Source: an uncultured bacterium (GTDB lineage Bacteria > Verrucomicrobiota > Verrucomicrobiia > Limisphaerales > UBA8199). Taken from it: a stretch of 64,000 nucleotides of DNA. This document shows positions 63,730 through 64,000 of the stretch, in pieces (the stretch's first letter is position 1; the number at the start of each line of letters is the position of its first letter). The notes under the pieces were generated by a model, which did no database searches, had not been told where the DNA came from, and saw only the letters and a program-made list of their open reading frames with translations. The position numbers were made by a program, and so were the translations under genes. Where the stretch lies: NCBI GenBank assembly GCA_963749495.1, contig CAVVMW010000010.1:736862-800861 (forward strand). Direction: 5' to 3'.

Positions 63730-63803
63730 GCATGACAACGAGCATCCCGGAGTTATTCTTATTGGAGTTCTGAAAGTCAAAAACCGAAAGAGAGAGCGAA
63801 ACC

Positions 63804-64000
63804 ATGAAAACGAAAAGCATCGGATATCCAGCAGCACTCATCACTGCCATCACCCTCGCCGCCAACGCGGGCCTCGTGCCCAGCGCGTCCGACGTGGTGA
63901 AGCTGACCCAGTCCGGCATCTCGGAGGACGTGGCCACCGTGTACGTGAAGAACGTTTCGACCCCATTCCATCTGTCGGCCGACGACATCCTCGCCCTTAA
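63804..64000 (+). CDS. Secreted hypothetical protein (runs off the window)
   Basis: Signal peptide, then DVVKLTQSGISEDV...LSADDILAL. Confidence 0.65.
   Translation, partial: MKTKSIGYPAALITAITLAANAGLVPSASDVVKLTQSGISEDVATVYVKNVSTPFHLSADDILAL

Overview
GC-rich bacterial accessory region, most likely Verrucomicrobiota (inferred from gene families and from secreted proteins ending in a 'W...FFRL' domain). No rRNA, tRNA, CRISPR array or integron integrase was seen. The window has four parts. (1) A mobile-DNA hotspot at about 5.2-13.8 kb with RAYT (Y1 HUH) remnants, two attC-like sites, an IS91/ISCR-type rolling-circle transposase pseudogene and modular palindromic elements. (2) A glycan-degradation cluster at about 14-35 kb. 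(3) ISAs1 and IS1380 elements at 35-40 kb. (4) A heavily eroded stretch of secreted, regulatory and carbon-metabolism genes at 40-64 kb, with many truncations and deletion fusions. Two observations stand out. First, three identical 56-bp copies of the IS91 oriIS end form a direct-repeat array that separates 1.2-1.3 kb blocks of unrelated DNA next to the transposase, a cassette-array-like layout. Second, five clean 20-31 bp palindromic insertions without target duplication were found only inside transposase genes, and each one frameshifts the gene.
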